Positions 9,901 to 19,800 of a stretch of 64,000 nucleotides of DNA are shown piece after piece. The position numbers and the translations under genes are program-made. How positions within the stretch are numbered: the stretch's first letter is position 1; each line of letters begins with the position of its first letter. The stretch spans positions 416,001 to 480,000 of the forward strand of contig OZ245742.1 of NCBI GenBank assembly GCA_965227295.1. The letters run 5' to 3'. Source of the stretch: Leptonemataceae bacterium (GTDB lineage: Bacteria; Spirochaetota; Leptospiria; Leptospirales; Leptonemataceae). The notes beneath the pieces were generated by a model that had not been told where the DNA came from, made no database searches, and saw nothing but the letters and a program-made list of their open reading frames with translations.

Positions 9901-12900
9901 GGTATAACGCCCGCGACTGATCCATGCAGCCGGATCGAAGAGCAGGTCCTCGGTGGCCGGAAATAACGTACGCTCCGCCGGCATGCGCAGGCCGACGATG
10001 TCCGCGTTCTGGTTGCGCACGCGGTCGCTGTTGAAGACCACGCCGCTCTGCACGTTAAAGAACCGCAGGTCGTCCGGTGCTTCGCGGCTGCGCGTAAGAA
10101 AACCGGCGAAGCGATCGCTGAGGCGCGCCGCGAAAGTAGGCCGCGGTAACTCTTTGTCAATAGAAGCTACGATCTCATTGAAGTCCAGGTGGTACAACTC
10201 AGGCCCGCTGATGATGAAAAGATCCGCCACGGGGCCGGCCGCGGCCGCGCAACGACTCACGAGATCCCGGGCGGCGTTCGCCGGTAACGCGTCCGTGGCT
10301 TTCAGAAAACGGTTGCCGCGGTTCGTGAAACACCAGGCGTCCATTTCCTCCGGGCGACTCGGCCGTACGAAGAAACGCATCAGCACTCCGCCGACACCCA
10401 GGTCGGGACGCAGCGGCTCTTCTTTGCCGGTGATGCGCAGGAAAGGACGCAGCAACGGACGGCGACGTTCCAGGCGTGCCAGGGCCTCGTCGTGCTCCTG
10501 ACGCAGCTCGGTTTTGCGCGCGACGATCTTTTCGAAAGCCCGCCGCTCAATGCGCAATCTTGACTCACTGCGATCGAGCTGGCCCAGACGCAAGCGCGCC
10601 GTGCGTACCGTACGGTAGTCCTGTTCAAACTCCGCATCCTCGAACTGGAGAGGGTTGCGATAAAACTGATCGTTTAAGTAAAACTCCCAGCGCCACTCCA
10701 GCATACGCAGGGCGCGGTTTTCATCGCCCACCTGCACGTAAAAATCCGCGGCGGCCGTGAAGAAAGGATCGGCGTGACGCCGCATGGACGAGTACATGTG
10801 GCGGTTTTCATAAAGTAAAGTGACGGCGTTATCGAATTCTCCCGCGGCCAGGTTGCGATCCGCGGCCCGGCCGTGGGCGGCATGAAGCTCGGCGTAGGTC
10901 TCGGCGAGCAGCGTGCGACCCAACCATTCCTCGCGGATGAGATTGAACTCGTAGGCATCCTCGACGACCTCGATGAGCGCATCGCGAGCGTGATGAAGTT
11001 TACCGGCGTCACGAAAGGCCCGGGCACGGTTCAGTTGAATGCGAATGGTACGTAGCGGGCGCTGGGGATCGCGGATCTTCGGCAACACGGAAAGCGCTTC
11101 GTCGTAGAGTTCCCGGGCGCGTTCGAAATCCTGCAGCGCGGCCCGGCGGTTCGCGGCCGCATCATCCTGCATACGCAAACGACCGCGATAGTAGTGCAAG
11201 GATCCGCCGATGGTCAAAATATCGAGGCGTTGTAGATTGAGGCGCTCATCCAGGGCCGGGCCGTCGCGCTCCTCGTCGTACTCGTAGTCCGGCACCTCGG
11301 AGCGGCGCTGCTGAATGAACTGCTCTTTGAGTTCGTCGCGATACTCCTCGCGAAAGTCTTCCAGTTCACTCAGCGCCTCTTCGATTTCCGCGAGAGAACG
11401 GTTGCGACGATCCTCACGCAGTTCACGTTCTTCTTCCGCATCGAAGCTGTCCGGGTTCTCGACACGCTCACCGGCCTCGAAGTCTGCAAAGAGAGCCTTG
11501 AAGTAGTTGTAGTAATTGCGGCGGAGACTCTGGAGAAAATCGTACTCGCGCGAGACGTCCGCCGCTTCCCGAAAGACGTCGGCGGAGCGGCGAAACTCTT
11601 CGGCACGATACAGGTTCAACGCTTCCTGGTTCAGCGTGGCCGTGTAGCCGAGGCGGCCCAGGCGCACGTCCATATCTTTCGCGAGAAAGGCCTGGCGACG
11701 CTGGCGCAAAAGATAGGCCGCGCCTTCCAGGTCCCCGCGCAGGATGCGGTTCTCCAACTGAATTCCTAAGCTTAAATGATATTGCCTTAACGGAGAGAAG
11801 CCATAGGGATTGCGCCCGTCACCGATGATGGAAAAATCCTCGCCGTACGGTAAAATGCAACCCAGGGCCTTGCCCCCGAGACTCTGGGGTTGGAATCGAT
11901 CGTCGTAGCGGACGAGGCCGTCGTCCCGGGCGTAGCGCGCGGCTTCCCGGGCGCGGACATCGGACTCATAAAAGTCGCGGCGACCCTGATAGGCCAGGGC
12001 CAGGAAGTTCATGAGGCTCGCGCGGTCGATGCCGCCTTCTTCCGATTCGCCGACCCCGTTATCGTAGAGCCGCAGGATCGCATCCTGATAAAATAAAACG
12101 GCTTCGTCGTGTTTGCCGTCTTCCCAGTATGCCAGGCCGATCAGCGCGGCGATGAGGGCCATCTTCGCCCGAACTTCCTCGCTGCGCCGAACAATGCGTT
12201 TGATCTCCTCACGTTGTAGGCGGCGTTCGGTGCTGTCGAGATCCCGGGCGCTGCGCAACAAAAAATTCAGCGTCGAAAACTTCTCGTGCAGCGGCTTGCG
12301 TTCGTACTCGTCGTAGATTTCGTAGGCTCGTTCCAGGCGGAGCACGGCATCGGCCAGCTTGCCGTCGTAAAAAAGCGCTCGTCCTAAGTTAAACTCAAAC
12401 AGGGCGCGGCGTACATAGTCGTCGAAGAAGGCTTCCCCGGCGGCGGCGTTCTGCCCGCCGCTGCTGCCCATGGCCTCCTCGGCTTTGCGATAGTGTTCCA
12501 CGGCACGCTGAAAGTTCAGCAATTGAAAGTAGTTGTTCGCTAAGTTTAGATTCAGAGAAGCTACGGCGCGGGGGGCGCCGGCGTCCGCCTCGACCTTCTG
12601 CAATGCCTGGCGGTACAGCTCGACGTTGGATTCGTAGAGGTTCTCCGGAAAGAATACCTGGTACAGATCCGCGTAAAAGCGTCCGTCGGTTTGCGTGGTC
12701 TGCTGTGTGCGTGTAAGCGTAAGATAGATGTTTTCCAGCAGCGACGGGACCGTCTTCACTTCTTTGGAGCGGCGTTCGTCGATGTACTGGTGCAGCCAGC
12801 CCAGGAGCAGGTAGGCGTCCACGTTCAGCGGGTCCACGTTCAGGATGTACTGCAGCAGATACTCCGCGTTTTTCATGTCGCGCAGGATCTCTTCTTTCTT

Positions 12901-15900
12901 TTCGATGAGCAGGGAGCGCGGGAGCTCGACTCCGCCTGGCTGTAATTGCGCAAGCCCCGACAGGGTCCCGCTTTGCGCCGCCGCGCGGTTCTGGATGCGA
13001 TCGTAGTAACGCTCCCGCTCGACGTTCTTGCGAATGAGGATGTAGGCGTAACCGTAGATCGAAGAGAGATCGCCGATGCGCGCCGCGGGTTCGAGAGAGG
13101 TGCGATAACCGAAGATGAGGCGATCGAAGGACTCGGAGGCGTACGGATCGCTCTGGGCGAACAGGTCCTGGACGTCGGCGCCTTCCAGCAGGACGATCTC
13201 CCGCTCCCGGGCTTCCAACTGGCGTTGATTCTGCTCCGCGGCAATGTCGATCTTGAGGCGCTGGTAATGAACCGCGCGTTCTTCGTAGAGATCGCCCAGG
13301 ACGTCCAGCTTCTTAATATTAAAAAACATAATATTAAGCACCGCGGCGTTCGCGTAGCTGGCGGTATAGAGCAGATCCGCGGCGGCCCGGGCGCTGCGAA
13401 TGGGAAACTTACGATAGTTGCGGTTCTGGATCAGTTGCTCGTTGTTGATGCAAAATTCAATGTAACGTTCTTTGTACCCCGGCCCCAGTGGAGTAAACAG
13501 CGAACCCGTGCGGGACGAGGGCTGGCAGAATTCGTAGAGCACGTCCATTTCCGCGCCGCCGATGTCGATGGGCGTGTTGCTGATCTGGGTAATGGCGGTA
13601 CCGATCGTCTCGCCCAGGATCAGGCTTTCATTGGCCTTGACCGCCGCGGAAATGCTGCGCGCCGTTCTTAAGTACAGGTTAATGTAACCTTCGGACTCGT
13701 TGATAATCTCCACGAAGTCCTCGGTATTGATCGTAACACCGGCTTCTTTGGAGTAGGCGCCGCCGTAGGCAAGTTTCGCCTCGTAGGCCTGAGAGTACTC
13801 GCCGCGCCGTTCATAGACGTAAGAAGAAATCCGCCAGGCCCGCACGTAGACGGAACGCCAGCCGTCCTGGGGTCCGCCGGCTCCGTCCAACGGCGGCGGG
13901 ATGCGCGGAACCTCCGCGAGCAGTGACTGGCATTCGTTGAGCGCGGGCTGGTACTGGCGATCTTCAAACAGGGCCCGCGCCTTTACGGTGCGCAGAGTCG
14001 CCCGCACGAAAACGTCGGAGTTCGGCGACTTCTGCAATGCGAAGAAAGCCAATTCCAGGGCCTCCGCGGGAGAACGCTGCGTATAAAAGAAATCGAATAA
14101 ATCCGAATGCACTTCTTCCTGCAGGCGCGCCCGATCCTTGTGACAGCGCTCGGCCTCGTGGGCGGGTTCCGTCGGGCACGGCGTATTGCGCAACGCCTGC
14201 ATGAGAATTTCGTAGGTGTGCGGCAAGAACGGCAGTTGCTGAAGTTCATCGACGTTGCGCGCCTCGCGCAGACGTTGATAGTTTTCGATCAGCTCCAGGC
14301 GCGCCTGTTCGCGCAGCGTTTCGAAACGACGATAGTAGTTCGGAAAGTTTTCGTTTAAGAACGTAACGGCCACCAGGGCCTCGACGAAACGCTCCCGCGA
14401 ATGATAGTACTCCGCCAGGCGGTCGTACGCCGCCGCCGTCACAATCTTGCGTTGCGCGTCGTTGAACCCGCCTTCGCCCTGGCGCGTGTTTTCAATGAAG
14501 GCGGTGATCTGCGGGGCCTGATCCCGGCCTTCTTGCTTGAGCTTGTAGAGTTGGTACAACAGGGCGGTGTAGGGATTCGCCCGCCCGCGCTCTTCGATCT
14601 TCGCGCGGGTTTCTTCGGCCAGGCGATCCTCGTTGCGCAGCCGGTGAAACTCCAGACGATCCAGTAAGATGCGCCCTTCGTAAATTAAGAACTCGCCGCT
14701 TTCGCCGAAGTACTGCTCCACGGCGTCCAGGGCTAACAGGTAACGATTCGGGCTTTCGGTGCGATAGTTCTCGGTCAGATGATACTGCCGGTCGATGTCC
14801 GGTTCCAGCGGGATCACGCCGCGGGGTCGCATGAAGTACACGTTCACGCTGTTGTACAATCTTGCGCCGTAGAGCAACATGCCGCCGCCGTGATCCGAAT
14901 GCGTGGTGGAGAGAATCGTCGTATCGTCCCCGAGGATCTTGCGTTCGTGCGCACCCTGCACGTCCAGGTCCCGGGCAAAGACCGCGGCCGCATCGCCGTC
15001 GTCCAGGCGCCCGTTACGATTGCTGTCCCGACGCACGGAGGCGTAGTACAGGGTGCGACCCGGTAACACATTGCCGCGCGGATCCCGGCGCCGGGTCAGC
15101 GCCGGATCCGAGTACAGATATCTTTGACCGGTCGTGCCCGTGGGCAGTTCCAGTTCGAAGGTTTCCATATCGTCCAGGCGGGTGAGGTAGATCGCACTCT
15201 CGCCGGCACGATTGACGACGTAGACGATTTCTTTTGAATCGGAACCGAAGCCCGGTTGAATGCCGCCGCTGCGCGTGATCTGCCGGAGAGCAACGGGCAC
15301 ATCGGCATCCATCTCCATGATCCAGACGTTGTAGAGGTTCGGCGAACAGCGATCCGTAACGAAAGCCAGAGCGGTGCCGTTGTGATTCCAGACCGGATCG
15401 GTTTCGGCGGCCTGGCCGTGACATTGGGGCGGCAGGCTTGCCGCGGCCAGTTCCTGGATCGCGGGACTCAGGTTGCGGCTCTCTTCCCAGACGTCCTCCG
15501 GCGGCAGACCGTTCAACGTATCCAGCATGATCTCTTCGGGATCGATCGTTACGATGCGCAGGTCCCCGCGCGTATCGACGTCCTCGGAGACGAAGACGAG
15601 ACGATCGCCTTCGGCGGTAATGGCAGGTTTGTATTGTTCCGCCGGATGTTTGACCAGAGGCACACTGACGGTGCTGTCGAGATCACGCAGCCAGACGTCC
15701 CCCGAGCCCAGGACGTTCGAGGTATAAACCATGTGACCGCTGAGCGCGACGGAAGATTGCAGATTGGTGCCGCGTTGAATGGTGAGCGGAAAGTAGCCGC
15801 CGGGATTGTCGCGGTAGTAACGCTCGGAGAGTTGGCCGTAATCGAAGGCCGGCGGATCCAGGGCCGGAGCCGAAGCACAGGCCGGTAACAGCACCGCCCC

Positions 15901-15939
15901 GAGGACGACGAGGCAGACATACCGCCGCAACGCAAGCAT
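6976..15939 (-). CDS. Giant (about 2987 aa) lipoprotein: TolB/PD40 beta-propeller, TPR repeats, degenerate CHAT-like domains
   Basis: Lipobox AVLLPAC after ATG 15939, which overlaps the upstream TAA; PD40 repeats (YKPAITAEGDRLVFVS, DPVWNHNGTALAFVTDR); TPR helices (LNLNLANNYFQLLNFQRAVEHYRKA). Confidence 0.8.
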   Translation of the reverse strand: MLALRRYVCLVVLGAVLLPACASAPALDPPAFDYGQLSERYYRDNPGGYFPLTIQRGTNLQSSVALSGHMVYTSNVLGSGDVWLRDLDSTVSVPLVKHPAEQYKPAITAEGDRLVFVSEDVDTRGDLRIVTIDPEEIMLDTLNGLPPEDVWEESRNLSPAIQELAAASLPPQCHGQAAETDPVWNHNGTALAFVTDRCSPNLYNVWIMEMDADVPVALRQITRSGGIQPGFGSDSKEIVYVVNRAGESAIYLTRLDDMETFELELPTGTTGQRYLYSDPALTRRRDPRGNVLPGRTLYYASVRRDSNRNGRLDDGDAAAVFARDLDVQGAHERKILGDDTTILSTTHSDHGGGMLLYGARLYNSVNVYFMRPRGVIPLEPDIDRQYHLTENYRTESPNRYLLALDAVEQYFGESGEFLIYEGRILLDRLEFHRLRNEDRLAEETRAKIEERGRANPYTALLYQLYKLKQEGRDQAPQITAFIENTRQGEGGFNDAQRKIVTAAAYDRLAEYYHSRERFVEALVAVTFLNENFPNYYRRFETLREQARLELIENYQRLREARNVDELQQLPFLPHTYEILMQALRNTPCPTEPAHEAERCHKDRARLQEEVHSDLFDFFYTQRSPAEALELAFFALQKSPNSDVFVRATLRTVKARALFEDRQYQPALNECQSLLAEVPRIPPPLDGAGGPQDGWRSVYVRAWRISSYVYERRGEYSQAYEAKLAYGGAYSKEAGVTINTEDFVEIINESEGYINLYLRTARSISAAVKANESLILGETIGTAITQISNTPIDIGGAEMDVLYEFCQPSSRTGSLFTPLGPGYKERYIEFCINNEQLIQNRNYRKFPIRSARAAADLLYTASYANAAVLNIMFFNIKKLDVLGDLYEERAVHYQRLKIDIAAEQNQRQLEAREREIVLLEGADVQDLFAQSDPYASESFDRLIFGYRTSLEPAARIGDLSSIYGYAYILIRKNVERERYYDRIQNRAAAQSGTLSGLAQLQPGGVELPRSLLIEKKEEILRDMKNAEYLLQYILNVDPLNVDAYLLLGWLHQYIDERRSKEVKTVPSLLENIYLTLTRTQQTTQTDGRFYADLYQVFFPENLYESNVELYRQALQKVEADAGAPRAVASLNLNLANNYFQLLNFQRAVEHYRKAEEAMGSSGGQNAAAGEAFFDDYVRRALFEFNLGRALFYDGKLADAVLRLERAYEIYDEYERKPLHEKFSTLNFLLRSARDLDSTERRLQREEIKRIVRRSEEVRAKMALIAALIGLAYWEDGKHDEAVLFYQDAILRLYDNGVGESEEGGIDRASLMNFLALAYQGRRDFYESDVRAREAARYARDDGLVRYDDRFQPQSLGGKALGCILPYGEDFSIIGDGRNPYGFSPLRQYHLSLGIQLENRILRGDLEGAAYLLRQRRQAFLAKDMDVRLGRLGYTATLNQEALNLYRAEEFRRSADVFREAADVSREYDFLQSLRRNYYNYFKALFADFEAGERVENPDSFDAEEERELREDRRNRSLAEIEEALSELEDFREEYRDELKEQFIQQRRSEVPDYEYDEERDGPALDERLNLQRLDILTIGGSLHYYRGRLRMQDDAAANRRAALQDFERARELYDEALSVLPKIRDPQRPLRTIRIQLNRARAFRDAGKLHHARDALIEVVEDAYEFNLIREEWLGRTLLAETYAELHAAHGRAADRNLAAGEFDNAVTLLYENRHMYSSMRRHADPFFTAAADFYVQVGDENRALRMLEWRWEFYLNDQFYRNPLQFEDAEFEQDYRTVRTARLRLGQLDRSESRLRIERRAFEKIVARKTELRQEHDEALARLERRRPLLRPFLRITGKEEPLRPDLGVGGVLMRFFVRPSRPEEMDAWCFTNRGNRFLKATDALPANAARDLVSRCAAAAGPVADLFIISGPELYHLDFNEIVASIDKELPRPTFAARLSDRFAGFLTRSREAPDDLRFFNVQSGVVFNSDRVRNQNADIVGLRMPAERTLFPATEDLLFDPAAWISRGRYTSIAVVSTGRGRGPEAYRRKAGLYEILRASGAGTVAFVYGEAGDEELEHLADIALAPDTELSEDELEDAAEAREEDTTRAAVHGIMKARGRERYTGVNLRVFGSSGHDRRRHTAELLERYNRARENGRVAEEEGRFDRAFEYYRLASAYIDGHPQKKELAFTNQLDRARVLLRLPDERKQGREVVRTLIERHQGDADRLARVYDTAVETLLIAGATDEARRYLEEYVGRFPERRAAILRKNALLTFRSRIGDAAYASAAAENRNFERDFNSVYRQIVIGDDPLSFAEDLLKHGRHDEARRVAEGARSRNRGERENFDALAYAVQADEHLLDPRRKSVPTGRGVNSFEEQEPAAADLLHLSFQGDWQAYNDGVQALSMSNRPDQDLAMQKFRRRLFEQWSNYRRQDYVNVQDVANVTLQAGASAYTRADLLERSMIYRILLDTADSDPELQVARLLENLIDVERKNSTSRAAHMALGAADEFLTAGDFITARRFFQTYIDLLPMSLRERERDLRAARTATALSAADLFTEIRNNQADWKERHKDKPASARRSAEESWRRALLIDFQKTLNTNNLGVVNRLYSELPITFSSDEIEAFNAVVRAASGAASAGPVSPPREVLTATAILKDRALGDEDWRMLADLAFFEQEYRNDLSARRLGRTPANVALLRPMARELFAKLPANQEFVVFVDTAESAVRITYRERALQGVVLKTSGRYLRGRLNDFLIRRRTGRAADDLREELSRIYRSLFGLGQTGTTYYWLPGVHALAPLAPERGDRLFQVLNPRAMLANERAPVLSGSEFFEGFGVRSIGAEPSGSRAAQLYGSEERALFFRRLTNMERLSLGSASDLPADPRHLLMPVFPDRPVDLSGVSKTATGAWFFSGNRLILDPATEVENFNYLLYSLGEHLQGPGVMTLRSPDAVGHAYFVRDYYSRTLPGSEIYRRFLAAIFNLRRETGMSGDYGYRLMTASFLRGDSR

Positions 15940-16622
15940 TATGAACCGGTGCGCTTCCATTCTTTGCGTTCGGTATAGATCCATTCGCCGCTGCGATTAC
16001 GCGCGGCCTCGTACCAGCGCAGCAGAAACTCTTTGCGCAGCCGTTCCCGTTCTTCGTTCGAAGCTCCAGACCGCGCCCGCTCGTACTCGTAAATCCAGCG
16101 GCGCGCGCGATTGACCTCGTCGGCCACGGCGGCGGCGTTTTCGATTTCGTCGGAAGTTCCCGAGCGGCGGCGCAACGAAGACGGAACCGGGCGCAGCAAA
16201 CCGTCGAAACCTTCGCCCAGTAACTCATCCCGGCGGTACTTTAAGATCACGGGGTAGTAGAACTCCAGGACGTCCGCCTCGATGTTGTAGCGTCGGTCTT
16301 CCCGGCGCTCCGTCATCACGCCGTCTCCGGGACGGGCGCTGCCGACTTCACCGGACACGCTCTGCGCGCTGGCGATGAGCCAGCCGTCCTCTTCGATCTC
16401 ACCCTCGGTGCCGATCAACTGGCGCTCCGCCGCGGTTCGTTCCGGTGTCAGCGTAATCGGCGGCACGTCCACCGAAATGCAGGCTCCGCGCCGCAACAAC
16501 TGCATGGCCGGGTCCCGCACCGGTTCCAACAGCACGCACTGGCTCAGCGTCGTTGCGATCAGCGCGGCGAATGTTGTTCTTACTATAATCTTCAAGAATC
16601 CTTTGGCGCGCCTCTGGTTCAA
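15939..16622 (-). CDS. Lipoprotein, DUF1318/YdbL-like with YnbE-like N-terminal segment
   Basis: Signal ending TTLSQC; PPITLTPERTAAERQLIG; LGEGFDGLL, VNRARRWIYE, RSGEWIY typical of DUF1318; start uncertain (TTG 16622 or 16595). Confidence 0.7.
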   Translation of the reverse strand: MNQRRAKGFLKIIVRTTFAALIATTLSQCVLLEPVRDPAMQLLRRGACISVDVPPITLTPERTAAERQLIGTEGEIEEDGWLIASAQSVSGEVGSARPGDGVMTERREDRRYNIEADVLEFYYPVILKYRRDELLGEGFDGLLRPVPSSLRRRSGTSDEIENAAAVADEVNRARRWIYEYERARSGASNEERERLRKEFLLRWYEAARNRSGEWIYTERKEWKRTGS

Positions 16623-16663
16623 ACACGGCGCCGAATCTAAGTATAAAAAAATTAAAGTTACTG

Positions 16664-16775
16664 TTTTGGGCGTGCCCCTCCGCGCTTCGCGCTCCGGGTC
16701 GGGCTTTCCAGGGCTCCGCTTCGCTTCGGTCCTTCGGACTGGCGGCTGCGCCGCCACCCTTCCAATCCCTCACGC
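16664..16775. repeat. Multi-hairpin intergenic element (MITE/REP-like)
   Basis: TTTTGGGCGTGCCCC start, internal hairpins GCGC-TTC-GCGC, GTCC-TTC-GGAC, TGGCGGC-TGC-GCCGCCA; 14-bp exact match to 38968-38981 on the opposite strand. Confidence 0.55.
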
Positions 16776-16824
16776 AAGGACACGATCACATGCATACGCC
16801 TGCCGGCTCTCCTGCCTTCTTCCC

Positions 16825-16848
16825 CTCGGCACCTCGGTGCCTCGGTGT
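16825..16848. repeat. REP-like (CTCGGnnc)3 unit
   Basis: CTCGGCACCTCGGTGCCTCGGTGT resembles the 3975-3997 unit and likewise lies about 10 bp past a minus-strand stop codon. Confidence 0.6.
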
Positions 16849-16857
16849 ACATCTTTC

Positions 16858-19800
16858 TTACTCCACCGCCTCGACTTCACTGCCTTCCCGGAACTCACTG
16901 CGCGCGCGTTCCAGAAACTGCGCAATGGGCATGCGTTCCTGTTTGATCTCCTCTCCCCCCGGTTTCACCAGGATGCCGATGGCCCCGCCGCGGCGCACCC
17001 GCACGTACGAATACACGAGGCCGCCCTTCAACTCCACGCGAATGCTCGGAATCGCCAGCGTATTGTTCACGAGCAACGCCGCCACCTGGGTCGGCAACAG
17101 AATGCGCGTCACGAATCCGCTGAAGTCCTGTTCAATCTGATGAATCGACAACAACGCGTCCGTCGAGTAGAGATAATCCTCCAGGCTGCGCGTCGTCCAG
17201 CGTAAATCACCGGAGATTTCTCCCTTATACCGGTTCCGCCCGGGCAGGTACGGCTCGAGGTCCAGACGTTGCACCTGCAGGTTCAGTCCGGCTTCCATGT
17301 TCTTCTGCTCCAGGTCCGCCAGGTTAAAAAACAGACCACGGCCGTCCACGGTGCCGCCGGGTTCCCAGCGCGGCGCGCCGCCCTGTTCCGGCACGATTCG
17401 TTTGTGCGTGAGCATGCGCAGCCACTCAATCAACAGAATATTATTGCGATAGTCCACCCGCGCCGCGAGGCCCGGCTCGCCTTCGGCGGCCGGCGTGCCC
17501 GCGTAGTAGAAACGATAGACCGGCTCATGACCGAAGAACTCGCCGCGCGGGCTGTGCGAAGAGGAAAGCCCGCGTACGGTAAGATTCGGCTCGCTGGTCC
17601 GCCCGTAAGTGTTCTGGTAGGATCGGCCGGCGTTGTCGCTCAGGCGCAGGAGTTCCTTCGGATCAAGATCGTGTTCGAACGGCAGATCCAGGTTCAGATC
17701 TTTCACCGATAGACGATAGCAATCCGGACCGGGATTCGCGACGGCGCACGGGCCGTCGTTGTACACCAGGCTCAGCCCCTCCACGTCGATGCTGCCCTTC
17801 GCGGCGTTCTTTGCCACGTTCATGGCCAGCTTCAATGAACCCTGCATGCTGACGTTCTCGTGGACCCGGAACATGGAATCCCGCACCACGCGCAAATCCA
17901 CATCGGCCAGGGGAGTCCACTTCGCGTCCTCGCCCTCCCCGCTCTTCGTTAAAGTAAAATCCGCGTCCGCAAAGAGGGCGCCGCGCAGACCGCGCAGCCG
18001 CGCCGGTTGAATGCGAATCTCACGCTCGCCGAGAAAGACGTCCGCCTCGGCGTCCAGATCCTGAAGGCGCAGATAGGGGATGGCCAGGTTCGTACCCCGA
18101 CGCACTTTAATAGAAGTAAATCCGTCACCGAAACGCAGTTCGAACGGACTCTTCAGCGATACGCCTTTCGAAAGATACGTTTTGTACGGCGCCATAGTAT
18201 ACTGCAAACTACCGGGAAAGACGGCGTGCAGGTTCTCGTAGTCCACGTCCAGGGACTTCACGTTCACGTCGTACACGTGGTCGTCACCGAAACGAATGTT
18301 GCCGTCGGCGAAGAGATTGGCCAGGCGTTCGCCGGCCTGATTGCGCCCGTCCAGCTTTAGATCGCGCACGTCGATGGTAAGATCGTCCTCGAACAGCAAG
18401 GCCCCGTCGGCGTCGAGGGTGAGCCGATGCAGACCGGAGCGCGAGCGACCGATGAAGTAGCGGCCGTTGTTCAAACGTACCACGCCGTCGAAACCCAGGC
18501 GCCGAAAGTTTTCCGGGCTGCGCAGTTTGATGTCCGCGTCCACCCGGCCGCGGAGAATCTCCGGCACCAGGGTATCCAGGTCCAGGCCGGTGAGTTTGAG
18601 GTTCGCCGTCACGCCCTCCGCCGGAGCGAGGGCCGCGTCGCCCCTGAGGCGCGTCGCCCCGTACAACACTCGCAGTTCCGGCATGAGCAGTCGATAGAAG
18701 ATGCCGTAGACCAGGTCCTTGTCCGGCACGTAATCCGCCGGCGGATCGACGAACGGCAGCACCTGGTACAAATCCACGAGCGCCGCTAAGTCTACTTTAA
18801 AATCTCTTAGCGTCTCAATGCCCGAACCCGGAGCGATGATGACGCGCTGTGCTTCGATGTCGCCTTTCAAACTCAGGCGCTCCAGGCTGCCGAAGAGCTG
18901 CAACTCCTGAATCGTCGCCTCGCCTTCGATGAACGGTTTCGCCGCCCCCGTGATCGCGGCGATGAGACGGCCTACCGGTTCCAGATTAATGCTCGACCTC
19001 GCCACATCCAGGCGCAGACTGCGCGCGGACCCGGCGTCCGGAGAGGCGGCGTTGTTGACCTCGGCGGTAACGGTCAGCCAGCGATCGTTTGCGTGCTGCA
19101 CCTGAAATATAGGAATCAGCAAACGATCACTGGCCGCGTCGTAGGCGGTGTCGTAGTAGATCGAGAGCGGGACGCGCCGTGCCGCGGATCCGCCGCGGCG
19201 CAGACTTACTTCGGAGGTATCGGCGACGAGACGCGAGGCGAACTCGGTGACGCCTTCGCCGGTTTCGCGAAAGAGAAAGTAGGTGAGCCGCAGCCGCCCG
19301 TCGATGGACCGGTCCGCGCCCTTTAACTTGAGGTTCACGGGCTGGTAAGGATTCAGGGCGATGAGCAGCGTATCGAAGACGTCGAGTACATCCAGGGACA
19401 ACGGAATTTCCCGGAACGAACGCGTAATCGCCGCCACGCGCAGGTTAACGTTGTCGACGTTCAGGCGAAACTCGTCGCCGCTCTCTGCATCGACAGTGTG
19501 CATCGTCAGCGCAAAACGTTCGATGTAGACGTTCGCATAGACCTGAAAACGAAAGAACAGATTCACCGCCTCGGGGAGCGGCGTATCGTCTTCGTCCGGC
19601 GGCGGCTCGCTGCCTTCACCGGACGAAAATGCCGCCCAGTTCCAGCGCCCGTCCATCTTCGTTAAGTAGAGATGCGGCGCCTGGAGATGCAGCGTCCGCA
19701 GCCCCACGCGACCGATGAGCACGGACGGCAAAAACCAGGCCAGGCGCAGGCGTTCCGCGGTGACCAGCGGCCGGCCGCTCACGGAGTCCGAGAGTTTAAT

